From positions 1 to 57,926 of the forward strand of contig NW_021833796.1 in NCBI RefSeq assembly GCF_006345805.1: DNA of 57,926 nt, given 5' to 3'. A program made the position numbers and the translations under genes. The number at the start of each line of letters is the position of its first letter. Position 1 is the first letter of the stretch. Of the stretch, positions 13,110 through 26,977 are shown piece by piece. Origin of the DNA: Octopus sinensis (taxonomy: Eukaryota). The notes below the pieces were generated by a model. That model was not told the origin of the DNA. It saw only the letters and a program-made list of their open reading frames with translations, and searched no databases.

Positions 13110-14615
13110 GATGTCTATTCCACTATATAACTAGGGGTTTCTACTATGGAATAGTAGCTTCAAATGAATGTTTATACCTCAACTGATAACTCAGAAAGTT
13201 AGTTGTGAACATTTAGCATTGCAATTATTGGCTACTACAAGAAATGTTTACAAAGTAGAATTCCCCTAAAAACAGTTATTATCCTGTTTGTAAACACTAT
13301 ACAAACTTCTCACTGTTCTCCCGTTTGCTAATCTACTACAGTTCTGTGTTGAAAAAGCAAATATTCCACGATTTTCCTCTAGTCTGTAATTATTTTCCAT
13401 CTTTACTAAAATATCTCATTTTATAAAATGTTAAATAAATTACAAGATAATCAAGCTGACAAATTCCAAAATGCGTGAACTAATACTGTACAGGGTTCCT
13501 ACTCACTAGATTTTTAAGAATTCTCTCATTATTACACAAAGAAATTTAAATATGTGACCAAGATTTTCTTTGTAATTTCTTGATTTCAAATTCAAGTTTC
13601 TAATCCTGCTAAATATTACGAAGACATGATTATCTCCTTTGTAATAGTTGTGACCACCTGTAGAAAAACGTGTTGGAAACCACTGTGAGTTTTGCAAATC
13701 CGTTCAAACTGTTGACGAGAGTCGAAATGTTATATCTCTAAATGCGTGTCTGTTCCCACTACATAACAACGGGTTTCTCCTATGAAATAGCACCTTTAAA
13801 TGGGAAAGGGAGTCGCTGAATGAATTCCTACGTCTCAAAGGATACGCCGGTTTGTGAAGTTGCTTGTAGTTTAAACAGAAATCATTGGCTACTGTAAGAT
13901 ATTTTCACAAGGTAGAATTTCTTAGAAACAATTATTATCTTGTATGTAAACCCTTACAATTCCCTCTCCTTTCTCGCGATTGCTAATTAACATTGTATGA
14001 AGACGAAAAAACAATCATTCTATCAATTTTCTCCTAACTTGAGTTATTTCTGTCTTAAATGAAATGTCTTACGTCATTAAACTTTTAGTTAGTCGTATGT
14101 CATAACATGCTGAGGATATCCAAAAGGAATGAAACAGTATCATATATGATTACCTCTGATTAAAAGTTTTAAGTATTCCTTAATAAGTAAAAAAGAAAAA
14201 AGAAAAAACAAAGAAATTAAATAAGTGAATTTAACTTAATTGTATCTGAAATTAAAATTAAAATTTCTAATCTCGTCAAATATTATTACCCTTGTGATAG
14301 CTGGGGCTTCAAACGGTACCTCACACACACACACACTCACACACACACACAGACAAACACATACACACACTCACACTCACACACACATACTTCTGATCCT
14401 ACTAAATATTATGAAGAAACAATTACCTCATTTGTTACAGCTGCGATCATCTGGAGAAACACGTGATTGAAAACCTCTTGCTGTGATTTTTTTGCAAATC
14501 CATTTAAACTGTTAACGAGAGTCGAGATGTTATGTCTATATCTATTCACACTACATAACAACGGGTTTCTTCTTTGTAATAGTAGCTTTAAGTGGGTTGG
14601 AGGGTCACTGAAGTG
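13110..14615 (+). repeat. Old degenerate tandem repeat, about 2.3 units of 640-790 bp
   Basis: CACTAYATAAC.A.GGGTTTCT..T.TG.AATAG motif at about 13120, 13757 and 14548; other homologous blocks at 13230/13885 and 13650/14440. Confidence 0.75.
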
Positions 14616-14728
14616 TGATGATTTCAGGCAAAGGAAACTCAAATAAGAATATTAATAAGGTGAAGTGAAGACCAAGTGTAGAGTGCGTATGAGTAACTGG
14701 CAAAATTATGACCATCCCCAAATATAAT

Positions 14729-14784
<56 letters not shown>

Positions 14785-15073
14785 GTATGTATGTATGTTA
14801 GTTTGTTTATATGTATGTATGTTTGTATGTATGTATGTATGTATGTATGTATGTATGTATGTATGTATGTATGTATGTATGTATGTATGCATGCATGTAT
14901 GTATGTATATGTATATAATAAACAGTATATGTTTTTATGTGCTACTTTTGTTTCATGTACTGAGAGCATGCCAGACAGTGTTTTTAACACGTCCGGTATC
15001 GTAGCGCAATAGTCGGGCACTGCCTACATGGCATAACGAACTGAAAATGTGACGATAGGATGAGAGAAAAAGC

Positions 15074-15420
15074 GAAGCAGATGTAACAGTAACCATTGAT
15101 GATGACACAGCAAATAAGAAGAACTATATCGGACTGTGTTAAGGCGAATTAAAAACTCGCTATGATAATCACATATCTTTCTTCTGACACAGGGACGAAA
15201 GTAAAGCTACTGGGTTGGTTAGCTACTAATGGGGTTTGACGTCGGACGCCACACCACATAAGATAAAGTGGAAAATAGTCGAAAAATCCACACAACATGT
15301 TAACGGATAAAAAAAAACTGTAAGCTATGCGTAGCTGAAAGAACTCAGACCTTTTTCCGATCTAAGAACTCTAACTCACTGCAGAATTCTAGATCCCAAA
15401 TTATCAGTGGTTGTAAGCAT
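15074..15420 (+). pseudogene. Penelope-like element GIY-YIG endonuclease relic
   Basis: With frameshifts and stops: EADVTVT..KKNYIGLC-GELKTRYDNHISFF*H..KATGLVSY*W..HKIKWKIVEKS..CKLCVAER..NSRSQIISGCKH; matches the PLE EN pattern YIG..F/LK.RY.NH, CNLC and C.H. Confidence 0.85.
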
Positions 15421-15424
15421 ATAT

Positions 15425-15732
15425 ATTTATATTTTTATTTTTTATTTATGCGCCCTTTTCAAGCCTAGCTAGGCTTATGGGCCCGGTTTCCCAGTTTCTG
15501 TGGCGTATGTGTTCCCCCAGCTGGACGGGACGCCAGTCCATCGCAGCGTTACTCAAGAAACAGGAAAAAACAGTGAGAGAAAGTTGGGGTGAAAGAGTAC
15601 AACAGGGGTCGCCACCACCCCCTGCCGGAACCCTGTGGAGCTTTCAGGTGTTTTCGCTCAATAAACACACACAACGCCCGGTCTGGGAATCGAAACCGCG
15701 ATCCATGACCGCGAGTCCGTAACCCTAACCAC
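15425..15732 (-). mobile_element. tRNA-derived SINE family C
   Basis: Minus strand GTGGTTAGGGT..GGTTTCGATTCCCAGACC (A/B-box-like) head, distinct body, (TAAA)-like tail next to the PLE relic. Confidence 0.8.
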
Positions 15733-16068
15733 ATTTTGTGTCCATTTTGAGTGGGGAGGGAATGGAACTGCGTGTGGGACAAAGGCAATGTTGCGAAATA
15801 ATGCAATAAACTACTAAAATATTTGTAAAATATGTTTAAGAATAGTCGAGTATTTTCATCCAGACTTGACATGGAAAACATCATTATCATATTTCTTTGA
15901 CCCGGGTTGGAAGCAGGCCATAATAATAATAATATTTCCCAAATGAACCAGCGGTCGGCCGCATTATTTTTCCAAAGTCTTCGGTTCAGTAGATGAAATA
16001 TTTCATGTAATGTTTTGTGTTGGGATTATTATGATCATTAAAGAACAATCATATGGACAATTTTTCAG

Positions 16069-16137
16069 AATTAAAACTTGGTTCTCATAACAGGCTGAAT
16101 TGGCTCCAGGAAAGAAGCAGAGAGAAAATGAATCGAC
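16069..16137 (+). CDS. Candidate internal exon, 69 nt, phase 1-1 (xLKLGSHNRLNWLQERSREKMNRx)
   Basis: TTTTTCAG acceptor, C|GTAAGT donor, only one open frame; no homologue recognised. Confidence 0.3.
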
Positions 16138-16449
16138 GTAAGTATATGCAAACTTGAGAAATAGTACTAAATATATAAAAGTAGCGTGCATTAATTTCTT
16201 AAAAGTGGCGATTATATCTATGAATATAAAATAGTCAATTGTGCATAGATGTGTATATGTGTCTACGAATGTGTACGTGTGTGTGTATGGTTGTATGTAT
16301 TTATGCATACACTTGTATGCACACGTGTATAAATGCGTATAGACAGACAGACCTAACAAAAACATTGAAGCAAAGTAAATGGGTCGACATCATTAAAATC
16401 ATTAAAAGCTGAGCTTCAGTATGGCCGCAATTCAATGACAAAAAATGTA

Positions 16450-16591
16450 ATATATGTATGTAGGTGTATATATATGTGTGTTTGTGTGTATATATATATA
16501 TGTGTGTGTATGTATGTATGTATGTATGTATATATTTATGTATATATAGGTACACCTTTACACACACACACATGTGAGCATGCATAATAGA

Positions 16592-16629
<38 letters not shown>

Positions 16630-16960
16630 CACACAAAAAAAATTACTACATTGTCCCAATTTTTAACACGTTCTCTTCTGTTATCTCTCACTCTCTTTTA
16701 AACTCTGTCTCCCCATTTCTCGCTCTTTCGTTTTTCAGTCTCTCTATATATATGTCTGTCTGTCTCTTTCTCTCTCTCTCTCTCACTGTTTCCCGCTTGT
16801 CCACAAAGACATAGACACATGCATAATCATGTATCAACTTGTAGATTATTCAGCGATGCACTTGCAAAACATGACAACATATATTGTTCTCATACACACG
16901 CATGCATTGTATATGTATGCACATACACACACACACACATATATATATATGTATATATAT

Positions 16961-16994
<34 letters not shown>

Positions 16995-17440
16995 TATATG
17001 TATATATATGTGTATATATATATGCATACATATATACATACATACATGCATAAATGCATACATAGATCACCAAAAGATATATACAAAATAATAATAATAT
17101 TAATATCTATTTTTGATGAATTTCAGATCTTCTTTTCAAATGATTAATATCCTTTCGTTATAAAAGCCTTGTCAATAAAAAGAACCATTTTTCAATGTGA
17201 ACGCGTCGCCGTCTGTGAAAGAAGAGGGAAATACGAATGTACTTCCTGTCAGAAATAGACAGCTTTCGCTAGTTCCACATGCATACGAACACTTGCACAC
17301 GTACGTGCACACACATATATATTAATCTGAAATATATTACCATATACATATGGAAAAGTATGCAGACTACTCTCTACATATATACGCATATACATTCACA
17401 TGATACATGCATTCATATGCATATATTTATATATTTATGC

Positions 17441-17511
<71 letters not shown>

Positions 17512-17769
17512 GCATATATAAATATGTATATATATGTGTGTATGTATGAATAAATATACATATGCATATACATATATATGTATACATACGCACATACCAC
17601 ATACATATATACACATACAGTTCCCACAGAGAAGACAACAAACATAATTGCTACCTCCAGACATATACAATATATTATTTATTCATTTATACATGCATTG
17701 ATACATATATACACAGACATGCATATATGTGTGTGTGCGCGCCCGTGTATATATAGATAGATAGTTATG

Positions 17770-17807
<38 letters not shown>

Positions 17808-17864
17808 TAGATAGATAGATAGATAGTTTGATACCATTCTATAAGTGTGTATATATATTAAATG

Positions 17865-17896
<32 letters not shown>

Positions 17897-17990
17897 TATA
17901 TATATATATAAACATGTATACACACATACATAGATACATACAGATGCATGCAAACATACCTATACGCACACATATATATATATAAGCGTG
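16450..17990. repeat. Compound microsatellite fields (TATG, TA, CA, CT, GATA)
   Basis: Direct inspection. Confidence 0.9.
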
Positions 17991-18141
17991 TTCATATGTT
18001 TTGATTAGTCTTTATAGTTTGTTGATCTCTGAAATGAATGCCGTCCAGTTGAAGCAGAATTTGAAAAAACACTTTTAAAAAGAACTGCGGCTGAATATTT
18101 GCATTGGTAATCCCTTTATCTTAGTAATACAAATAATGTTG

Positions 18142-18350
18142 CTTTGAAATTTTGGTACAATGCCAACAAGCACGTGCGTAGGGTAGGTCAATCACATGAA
18201 CCCCAGTGCTCAGCTGCTAAATATTTTTTCGACTACGAAATAATGAAAGGCAAAGTAGACCTCGGCGGAGTTTGAACTCAGAACGTAAAGACAGACGAAA
18301 TGTCGTCAAGTATTTTGCCTGGCGCACTAATGATTCTGCCAGCGGACCAC
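18142..18350 (-). mobile_element. tRNA-derived SINE family B (Nin-domain-like)
   Basis: Minus strand GCTGGCAGAATCATTAG..GTTCTGAGTTCAAACTCCGCCGAGGTCTACTTTGCCTTTCAT; the Nin-like label is from recalled similarity only. Confidence 0.8.
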
Positions 18351-18464
18351 ATTTGTGATACAAATAATATTAATATCTTTTATCCTGATTTTTTTTTCGC
18401 AATAAATTTCGTTTTCTGACTTCGTATCAAAGAATATAGTTTCAGGGGCAATATTTATCTTTTA

Positions 18465-18605
18465 ACCTTTTGTTATGTGTTTCAGTCATTGGAATGTGGT
18501 CTTGTAAGACACCGCCTTGAGGGGTTTTGTTCGATCAAATCAACTCTAGTACTTATTTCCTTATTTCTATAAGTCTAGTATTGGTATCTTTTGCTGAACT
18601 ACTAA
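18465..18605 (-). mobile_element. Degenerate SINE family A 3' fragment
   Basis: TTTCAGTCATT..CACCGCCTTGA..CTAGTACTTATT match the tail. Confidence 0.65.
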
Positions 18606-18644
18606 ATTGTAAGGTTATAAACACAGACTCTCATATATATATAT

Positions 18645-18646
18645 AT

Positions 18647-18704
<58 letters not shown>

Positions 18705-18728
18705 GATAGATTGATAGATTGATAGATT

Positions 18729-18759
<31 letters not shown>

Positions 18760-18835
18760 GGATAGATAGATAGATAGATAGATACATACATACATACATA
18801 GATACATAGATAGATAGATAAATAGATAGATATAC
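18645..18835. repeat. (GATA)n tetranucleotide array
   Basis: Direct inspection. Confidence 0.95.
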
Positions 18836-18849
18836 ATATACATACATAC

Positions 18850-19120
18850 ATACAGATGCATAGATTGACTATAATTTTAAATTGAAGTAATTTCAATTAA
18901 ATTTAAATTTATTTGTAATTCGAATTTAATTGTAGCCATGAAACGTACGTAGTTTTTTTACTTATTATATATTGATTATTCATTTTTATACTTTTTGAGA
19001 TCTAGTTATATGTTTTATAAAAATATATTTTATTTGTTATTTATGCTTTGGTTTATGTCTATCACTGTTTGAGTTGCATAATAGTGGGTTTTTTCTCTAA
19101 TTTATATTATATATTATATT
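18850..19120 (+). mobile_element. Hammerhead-remnant short element related to the 36.2-36.7 kb family
   Basis: GCCATGAAACGTACGTA^GTT (18940-18951), stem II GACTATAATT/AATTGTAGCC, tail TAATAGTGGGTTTTTTCTCTAATTT like the 36.7-kb tail; CTGATGA core eroded. Confidence 0.6.
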
Positions 19121-19134
19121 ATATATTATATATA

Positions 19135-19221
<87 letters not shown>

Positions 19222-19328
19222 GCACACACACACACACATAATTTGATGAAGCAATTTCCCCGTAAGGGATTGTTAATAACAATCCAGATGCCAACCGAGT
19301 TTTATCAAATATATTCATAGAAAGTTCT

Positions 19329-19384
<56 letters not shown>

Positions 19385-19388
<4 letters not shown>

Positions 19389-19590
19389 TGATCCAAACAA
19401 GAAAGCACAAACAAACACAACAATGCGAGGACGTGGAACAAATATAGTATTATTGGACGCTCAGAAAAGAAGGAAAGAAGGAGGGTTTAACGTTTCGGGC
19501 GGAGCTCTTCGTCGGAACATAGGAGAAGGAAAGATCCCGAGAAGGGAAGACAGAGGGAAAAAATCGCCAACGGTACACACGAGGTCACAT
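19385..19590 (-). mobile_element. Short repeat flanked by (TA)n carrying a degenerate hammerhead (19485-19520)
   Basis: Minus strand GTT-CCGACGA-A-GAGC-TCC-GCCC-GAAA-CG-TT^AAAC; U4C change in core and one stem II mismatch. Confidence 0.65.
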
Positions 19591-21025
19591 TTATATATAT
19601 ATAAGTCTCATAAATTATAAAGTCAATAAAAGAAAATGAATAAGAAAAAATATAATAGATCTATGGTTCATTTCATTTGTATCACAATGGAAAATTAATG
19701 CAAATTAAAAGAGATATCTTTAAGATTAAGTATAAAAGGAACCAGATCAACAAAACAACCAAAAATATCCGAAAAAATCCTACACATGTTTCAATCCGAC
19801 AGTATGTTTGAATAATCAATATTCTAACCGTTATAGATGTAATAAATGATATATATTGCCAGATTTGTTCAGGGAAAAGTAAGTATTTTTTCCTGTCTTG
19901 AATTACGAAAAAACTTATTTGAGGACTATGTTAAGAAATTTTCAAATGTAAACAACTTATTAGGATGCAGAGTTCATGTGATTAGAAATTGATCGTTTAA
20001 AATTAGCTAATTTAGGTGTTGCGGACGATGAAGTTGATTCTACTCCACAATATGTCTTAAACAGAAATGGACAGAAAATACCAATTTGCCTCCTCCTTTT
20101 GTTACAAATCTACTACTAAGTTCTGTACAAGAGGTTGCCCGGCAATGACAAACAACTGCAAAATAATTACCACCGCCACCAACACCCCCACCACGAATAG
20201 CAACAACAACAAAAATGGGTTGATAAGATAATTTCTAAAAATTGCAATGAATCAATTATGTGAGCATACTTTTACTCCAACTCCACCTTCAAGCTGACAG
20301 CCATCACTTACTATCTCCCTCAGTTTCACGCACTCTCTCTCTCTCCCTCTCTCCCCTCCGTTTCTGTCTCTTAATCTCTCCTGCAGTTGCTCTATTATTT
20401 GTTCTATCATTCGCCCATCTCCATGCCCTCTTTGCAGCTTTATTTGATTCAGTTTTCATTGTGTTAGTTTGTATATGTATGTGCATGTGTGTGTGTGTAA
20501 ATGTAAGTGTGTGTGTGAGTGTGTGCATGTGTGTGTGTGTGTATGTGTGTCTTTTACAGAATTTCCTGCCTTTTCTCAGTTTCGCATTTATTAAATAGAC
20601 ATGATAGATTTAATTCATTCAACAACAAACTCTGTTTATTAATTTATTACTTAAGTCAATTAATTATGAAAGTTCCATGTTATAATTGACACGCCATCAC
20701 ATTATCTTTTGCACAAATTTCCGACGCATATATATATATACACATATATATGTATATACATATATATATACATATATATACACATATATATGTATATACA
20801 TATATATACACATAATATATATATACATTAAATACACATACATACATGCATCTCTATGCAATTATCTATGTTTGTATTTACGTATATGTTATGTGTGTAT
20901 ATATATATATATATGAGCATATATATATAATATATATATATGTATATATATATAAGTATATATATATATGCGTGTATTATATACATATAAATATTTACAT
21001 ATATAAAAACACACACACACACACA

Positions 21026-21090
<65 letters not shown>

Positions 21091-21815
21091 ACATATACAT
21101 ATACATACAAGCAGCACAATACTTAAGATAATGTATTTACTGATTCTTTTACGTTGTTTTTTTTTTTTTCATATGTTAGACGGATACAATATTTTTTTAG
21201 CTTATTTTAGTAATATTTCTGTTATATTCTTTAAATCCTTTTTACTGAAAATTTTGACTGAAAAATCTATTTACTATTTAAAAAAAAAGAGATTTTTTGC
21301 AATGTATTCTTTTTTTTTTGTATAATTGTTTAATAATTTTTGTGATACATAGCTGATAAGTTTTATCTCCCCATTTTTGTAGTTCTTTGTTCATTTTTCT
21401 CTTTCTCCTTTTATTTCGTTTTTTTTTTTCTTTCTTTCATTCTTTATTTAGTTATTCCTTTATTGAAAGTTAATGCATCTTTTTTTTCTTTAACGTCTCA
21501 TTATTATAAAAAATTTTCAGCGTAACTTTCTCACAATAAAGAATTTAAATCATATTATCTCTTCATAAACTTAATTTAAACTTGAATTTTATACTTTTAA
21601 TTTCAGCTTTTGTATTTTGACAGTTTTATACCAATATCCATAGAGTAATATGCTAGCATGTGTTAGTTTTAAATACACATATACGAACCTATGTACATCC
21701 ATATATGTATTGACTTTATACATAATATACATATATATATATATACACACATACATATATATACATATATGTATGTATGTATATATATATATGCGTGCAT
21801 ACATATATTTATATG

Positions 21816-21858
<43 letters not shown>

Positions 21859-22247
21859 ATGCATATGCACATACATATATATGTATATATGTGTCTGGGT
21901 ATATATATATATAAGCATATCCATATATATATGTTTGCATATGCACACATATATGTAAATATATATATTTCCATACACATACACACACACCCACATATAT
22001 GCATATATGTCGGTATGAAAATGTTCTATTCTTTTTAATGTCTTCCTGTTATTATGTATTGTGATAGAGAATCTAATCGGATAATAAGAGAAATATGAGA
22101 AAAAGCAAAAATACAATAAAGATAGGACATTTAACTGCATTACATATAACAGGTAGTTTTAAACTAATAGCTTTGTTGATCAACAAGGTGACAACAAAAA
22201 AATAAGGTCAATACAAGTAACAAAAAAATGATCATATACATATAAAC

Positions 22248-22321
<74 letters not shown>

Positions 22322-22699
22322 GTATATATGTATATGTATGTCGATACACCGTTGCATCAGTGTAAAATGTAAAATCAATTTAATTTTTTTTTGTTGTAGA
22401 AATATTATAAATAATGGTCAGCTTGCATAAATGATATTATTCGTCAGGAATAGCCAGAAGGAAGTAAATTACTATTTGTTGTTGATGTTTTTTATTGTAT
22501 TAAGTTACACTAATTTTGTCTTTTTCTTTGCATCATTTTTTTCACTGTTTTCTTTTTTTTTTTTATAAATTATTATTTTGCTTAAGTTGTCAAACCCTAT
22601 TTCTTTCGTTTTTCTATTTTAAAGCGTAATTTGATTTTTGCTGTTTTTGTTGCTGATTTTGGTTTTGCTAATTGTGAAGGAAAGTAAGAGTCAAGCAGA

Positions 22700-22891
22700 A
22701 ATAGCAAAAATTCGTGATGACAACGTTGACATTGGTAGATTCGATGACAACTACAATGGCGATGATGATGGTCATAATGATGCCAATGATAATGACGTTG
22801 CGGATGATGATTAGGAGGGGGAGGACGACGACAATGATGGTGATGTTGATGATGATGACATTAGCGATGATGATGATGGTGATGGTGATGG

Positions 22892-22936
<45 letters not shown>

Positions 22937-22964
22937 CGACGACGATGACGATGATGACATTAGC

Positions 22965-22997
<33 letters not shown>

Positions 22998-23285
22998 AAT
23001 GATGATGACGACGATGATGATAAAGAGGTAGAAGAGGAGTGTGGTGTTGGTGGAGGTGATGTTGATGGTGCGGATGAAGATGTTGATGATGACATGAATG
23101 ACAACGACGAGACGATGTTGATGATAACGATAATGACGATGAGATAAAGTGTAATGAGGACAGAGATGACAACGAAGATGATTATAACAAGGGTGACAAT
23201 GACGACGCCGGTGATAGTAATAATGACGACGACGATAAGGACAAAGATGATGACGGTAATGAGAATGAAATGCAATTTGATAATG
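22700..23285. repeat. Degenerate (GAT/GAC/GGT)n low-complexity tract
   Basis: Direct inspection; GATGACATTAGCGATGATG repeated at about 22855 and 22955. Confidence 0.9.
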
Positions 23286-23684
23286 TGAAAATAATGAGAA
23301 TACTGTCTTACCAAAACAGAACCATTGTCCCCAACTTTTCAACGTCAGCAAGTGAATTATCTGTGATCATACGTATATACATCGATATTGATGGTCTCCT
23401 GGTTTTTCCAATTCTTTAAGAGTGTGTGATTCTAAAATGACTTCCGTCCATTTAGATTATTCATGCTTAAAAGATAATGACCTTTTAACTGAAACTAAAA
23501 ACAAAACATGAATCACTGATCACCATTCTTGTTTTCTGAGGAAAATCTTTATTTATTTCTTCGTTGTTTTTTTAATTGTTTAGCCTACAGGTTGCTACAG
23601 AGGCATATCTTTGGCCATCCCATCTTTCTGCACTCTCTTTCGTCAGTTACAATACAATATGGACATCATAGTCCAATCTGAATA

Positions 23685-24168
23685 CCATTGGGTTTCAAAA
23701 TCGCGTACACCGATGAATTGCGTATATTATGAACACATCGTCTAAAAAGAGGTGTTCTTTGATGATGAAAAACAACAGCGACCAGATATTCAGTTTCAAA
23801 TTTGCCAGAATGTATTAAGAATGAATAGTTGCTTTATACTTTGGATTCTCGCTACTCTGCATGCACCTCACGAATAATTATCTGTTTAGAAGCAAGTTGC
23901 ATACATCAGCTAGTAATTTATTTACTGCTTTCTATAAACATGGTCTTATACACTTGTTGTAGTCTTCGCTCCAGTGGGGCACCGTTGGCTGAGGAGACAA
24001 ACAATAAAGTCGAAACATCGCGGTGTCCCAAAGCCTTCTTACATCGGGGAATTGCGTGTTATGAAGGCACATCGACTAAAGGGAAGACGCGTTCACCGAT
24101 GACAAAGATCAACAGTGATCCGGTATTCACATTTGAATCTGCCAAAATATATCAAGGATGAATGCGTT
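23685..24168 (+). repeat. Diverged about 145-bp direct repeat (23685-23830 and 24016-24168)
   Basis: GAATTGCGT.T.TTATGA..CACATCG.CTAAA, GATGA.AAA.A.CAACAG.GA.C.G.TATTCA..TT..AAT.TGCCA.AAT.TAT.AAG.ATGAAT shared. Confidence 0.7.
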
Positions 24169-24951
24169 ATTATTATCTAATGTATTTTTATGGAGATTTA
24201 GCAATCATTTTTTTTGCATGGTAAACGATCCTATGGAAACTTTAGTCGTTGTGTCACTTCAATCATTGTCAGATTTTGTTTCACCTTAAAGATGTTGTTA
24301 CTAAAATATTTTTTATAATTAGTATTTCTGTAGCAGTAAGATACGTTAATTATTGGCTATTTTGTCTGATAATTTTATCGTATTTTATATTATATCTTCA
24401 TTTTTTCATTCTTTACTGGGTTTGCTCCCTCTAGATGTATTTGTTAATCACTTGAAGAAGACCTGAATATTGGGTTATGTAATAAATATTTAAGTCCACA
24501 GATCGGTAGGGACATAGATAAATAACAAAAGTGAGAGAGGGAGACAATTGATGCGTGTGAGTAAAAAGACACACAGAAATTAACAAATGCTCATTTTATA
24601 TTTTTCCCTTATAAATTTGGTCAACTTTTCATTCTTCATTCAAATATCATCTAGTATAACAGTTTCTTCTTTTCAGTCTTTGCAGCTATGTGGCTTTGGT
24701 AATTGCTTTCAAAGCGAATAAGTGGGTGAATATATCTATCTATGTAAATGTATAAAAGCTCTGAGAAAAGTTTGTTAACTCCTAATATATACCATGGTTA
24801 AAGACGTTCACTTTGCATTCATGTGTCTCTATTCTTGATCGAATTTAAGACACAGAACTATCTTTTGTACCAGAGCACGGGGCTGGCATATGCCTTTTGA
24901 CGGAAATTTAAGCAGAGTGAAGCTACAAAGAATCTCATTGCAGGAGCTGTT

Positions 24952-25049
<98 letters not shown>

Positions 25050-25171
25050 CATATATATGTACATATATACATATATATAATATATATATATGTGTGTGTA
25101 TACATATATATACATATACATATACATATATATATACATACATATATACATATATATATACATATATATGC

Positions 25172-25218
<47 letters not shown>

Positions 25219-26364
25219 CACACACTCATATATGTACGCGATAGTCGACTTAATCTCAATCTAGTCCTTCAGTGCTTTTGCAGTGTCTTTTCTATATCAA
25301 CTATTCAGACCACCAACGACACAGAAATATTTATTTCATTGATTCATCTTTTACTAAGCCTAAACCTTGAGTGTATGTTTCTCCCTTCCTTCTCTCAACC
25401 GATCTTTAAAGTCCTACAAAGACGTCGAAGATTTTGCTCTTTCTTCTTCTAACTTAACCACATATTTCGACATTGACTCTTGCTCTAGGCATATTCTCTT
25501 CGGCTGGACACGTGTAATTAAGATGAAAGTTATGATATTGCTATAGTTGTCGCTACAGATCAAGCTATGATCATTAAGTGGAAAGTTTGATATTGTTATT
25601 GGTATAAATGAAAGAATCCTGGTTGAATGATAAGTGATTGGAATTCTAATCACTGACACTGATTTGAACTCAGAAAGTAAAGACATTAAGCAATAAATGA
25701 TAGTTTTATATTTCAGTTTATGCAGTAAATGCTGATTATTTCATAATTTATTTACCATGATGCTAGTGAATAACACTACTATACAAATTAGATCATAAAA
25801 TGATGGAATATTAATGTAACAATTGTGAAATACCTCACACTTAAGTTTGAGTAAATATTTTCCCAACAATTCCCTTCACCGTAGCATCTAGTTGTAAATA
25901 GGTTTTAAATTTGAAGTAGGGGTCCAAACTTGTACTAGTAGCCCACTTAAAGTTTAGTAGTGCAGTGGGTTCTTGGATTACCAGATCTTCAGACTCGGGT
26001 GTTGAAGATTCAAATTAAATGGAAAGCTACATTGTGTCCATGACTAAGGTATCAAAAGAACTCAATAATTCAGTCTGGCTAACTGTAGATAGGTGCCACA
26101 TAGAGTAGGGGGATCACCACTATAGGCACACAGTGACACATCAACTGAGTGGCAACTGACGATGATAATGCTAATACTTTTGATGATGGCGACGACGACA
26201 ACGATGATGATGATAATGCCAAGAGTGATGTAGTTTTGTAATTGTACTGATGGTGGCGATCTTGATGGTGACAATAATGAAGACTACGGTAATGGGGAAT
26301 GGTAGTGCTAGTATTAGTAGCTGTGGTGATGGTGATGATGATGATAATCTTTTTTTATTACCCA

Positions 26365-26545
26365 TAGGTAAAAGGCCTTGGATTTTAGGGGAGAGGGGTC
26401 AGTTCATTATATTGATCCCAGTTCCCGACTGGTACTTAGTTCATCGACCACCGAAAGGATGAATGGCAAAGTGGAATTGGATGGAATTTGGACTCAAAAC
26501 GTAAAAAACGAACGAAATGTCGTTAAGCATTTTGTGATCGGTGGT
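26365..26545 (-). mobile_element. SINE family B, degenerate
   Basis: CCGAAAGGATGAATGGCAAAG..GAATTTGGACTCAAAACGTAAA..CGAAATGTCGTTAAGCATTTTG. Confidence 0.75.
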
Positions 26546-26777
26546 GGCATTAGTTGGGTGATGGTGATGGTGATGGTGATGACAATAATTTCAATGACGA
26601 TTATTATAACGACAATCGTGTTGATAGCGTTGGTGGTTGTAGTAGTAGTGGAGTTCATGGTAGTGGTACTGGTATTAGTAGTTATGGTGATGGTGGTAGT
26701 TGCGATAATGATGATGACTACGATGATGACGACAGCAACGATTATTATGACGAAAGATAACAGATTGAATCACTCAC

Positions 26778-26831
26778 CCCCTATCCGGATGCACAAGAGT
26801 TGAAGATGATCCCTATTGAGAGACTCTAGCT
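26778..26831 (-). CDS. Candidate internal exon, 54 nt, phase 1-1 (xLESLNRDHLQLLCIRIGx)
   Basis: Minus strand TTTTGTACCTCATGTTTCAG acceptor and G|GTGAGT donor; the other two frames hit stops; no homologue recognised. Confidence 0.45.
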
Positions 26832-26885
26832 CTGAAACATGAGGTACAAAATTAGATAATACGGCAACAACAAAAATAAACCTAA

Positions 26886-26887
26886 TG

Positions 26888-26977
<90 letters not shown>

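Noticed and set aside
16069-16110. Homeodomain-like IKTWF..NR
   Set aside because: Needs a frameshift, has an in-frame TAA and lacks the invariant R53
23591-23745. CYRGISLA resembling a LINE RT motif
   Set aside because: Only a few residues match; downstream sequence does not follow RT consensus
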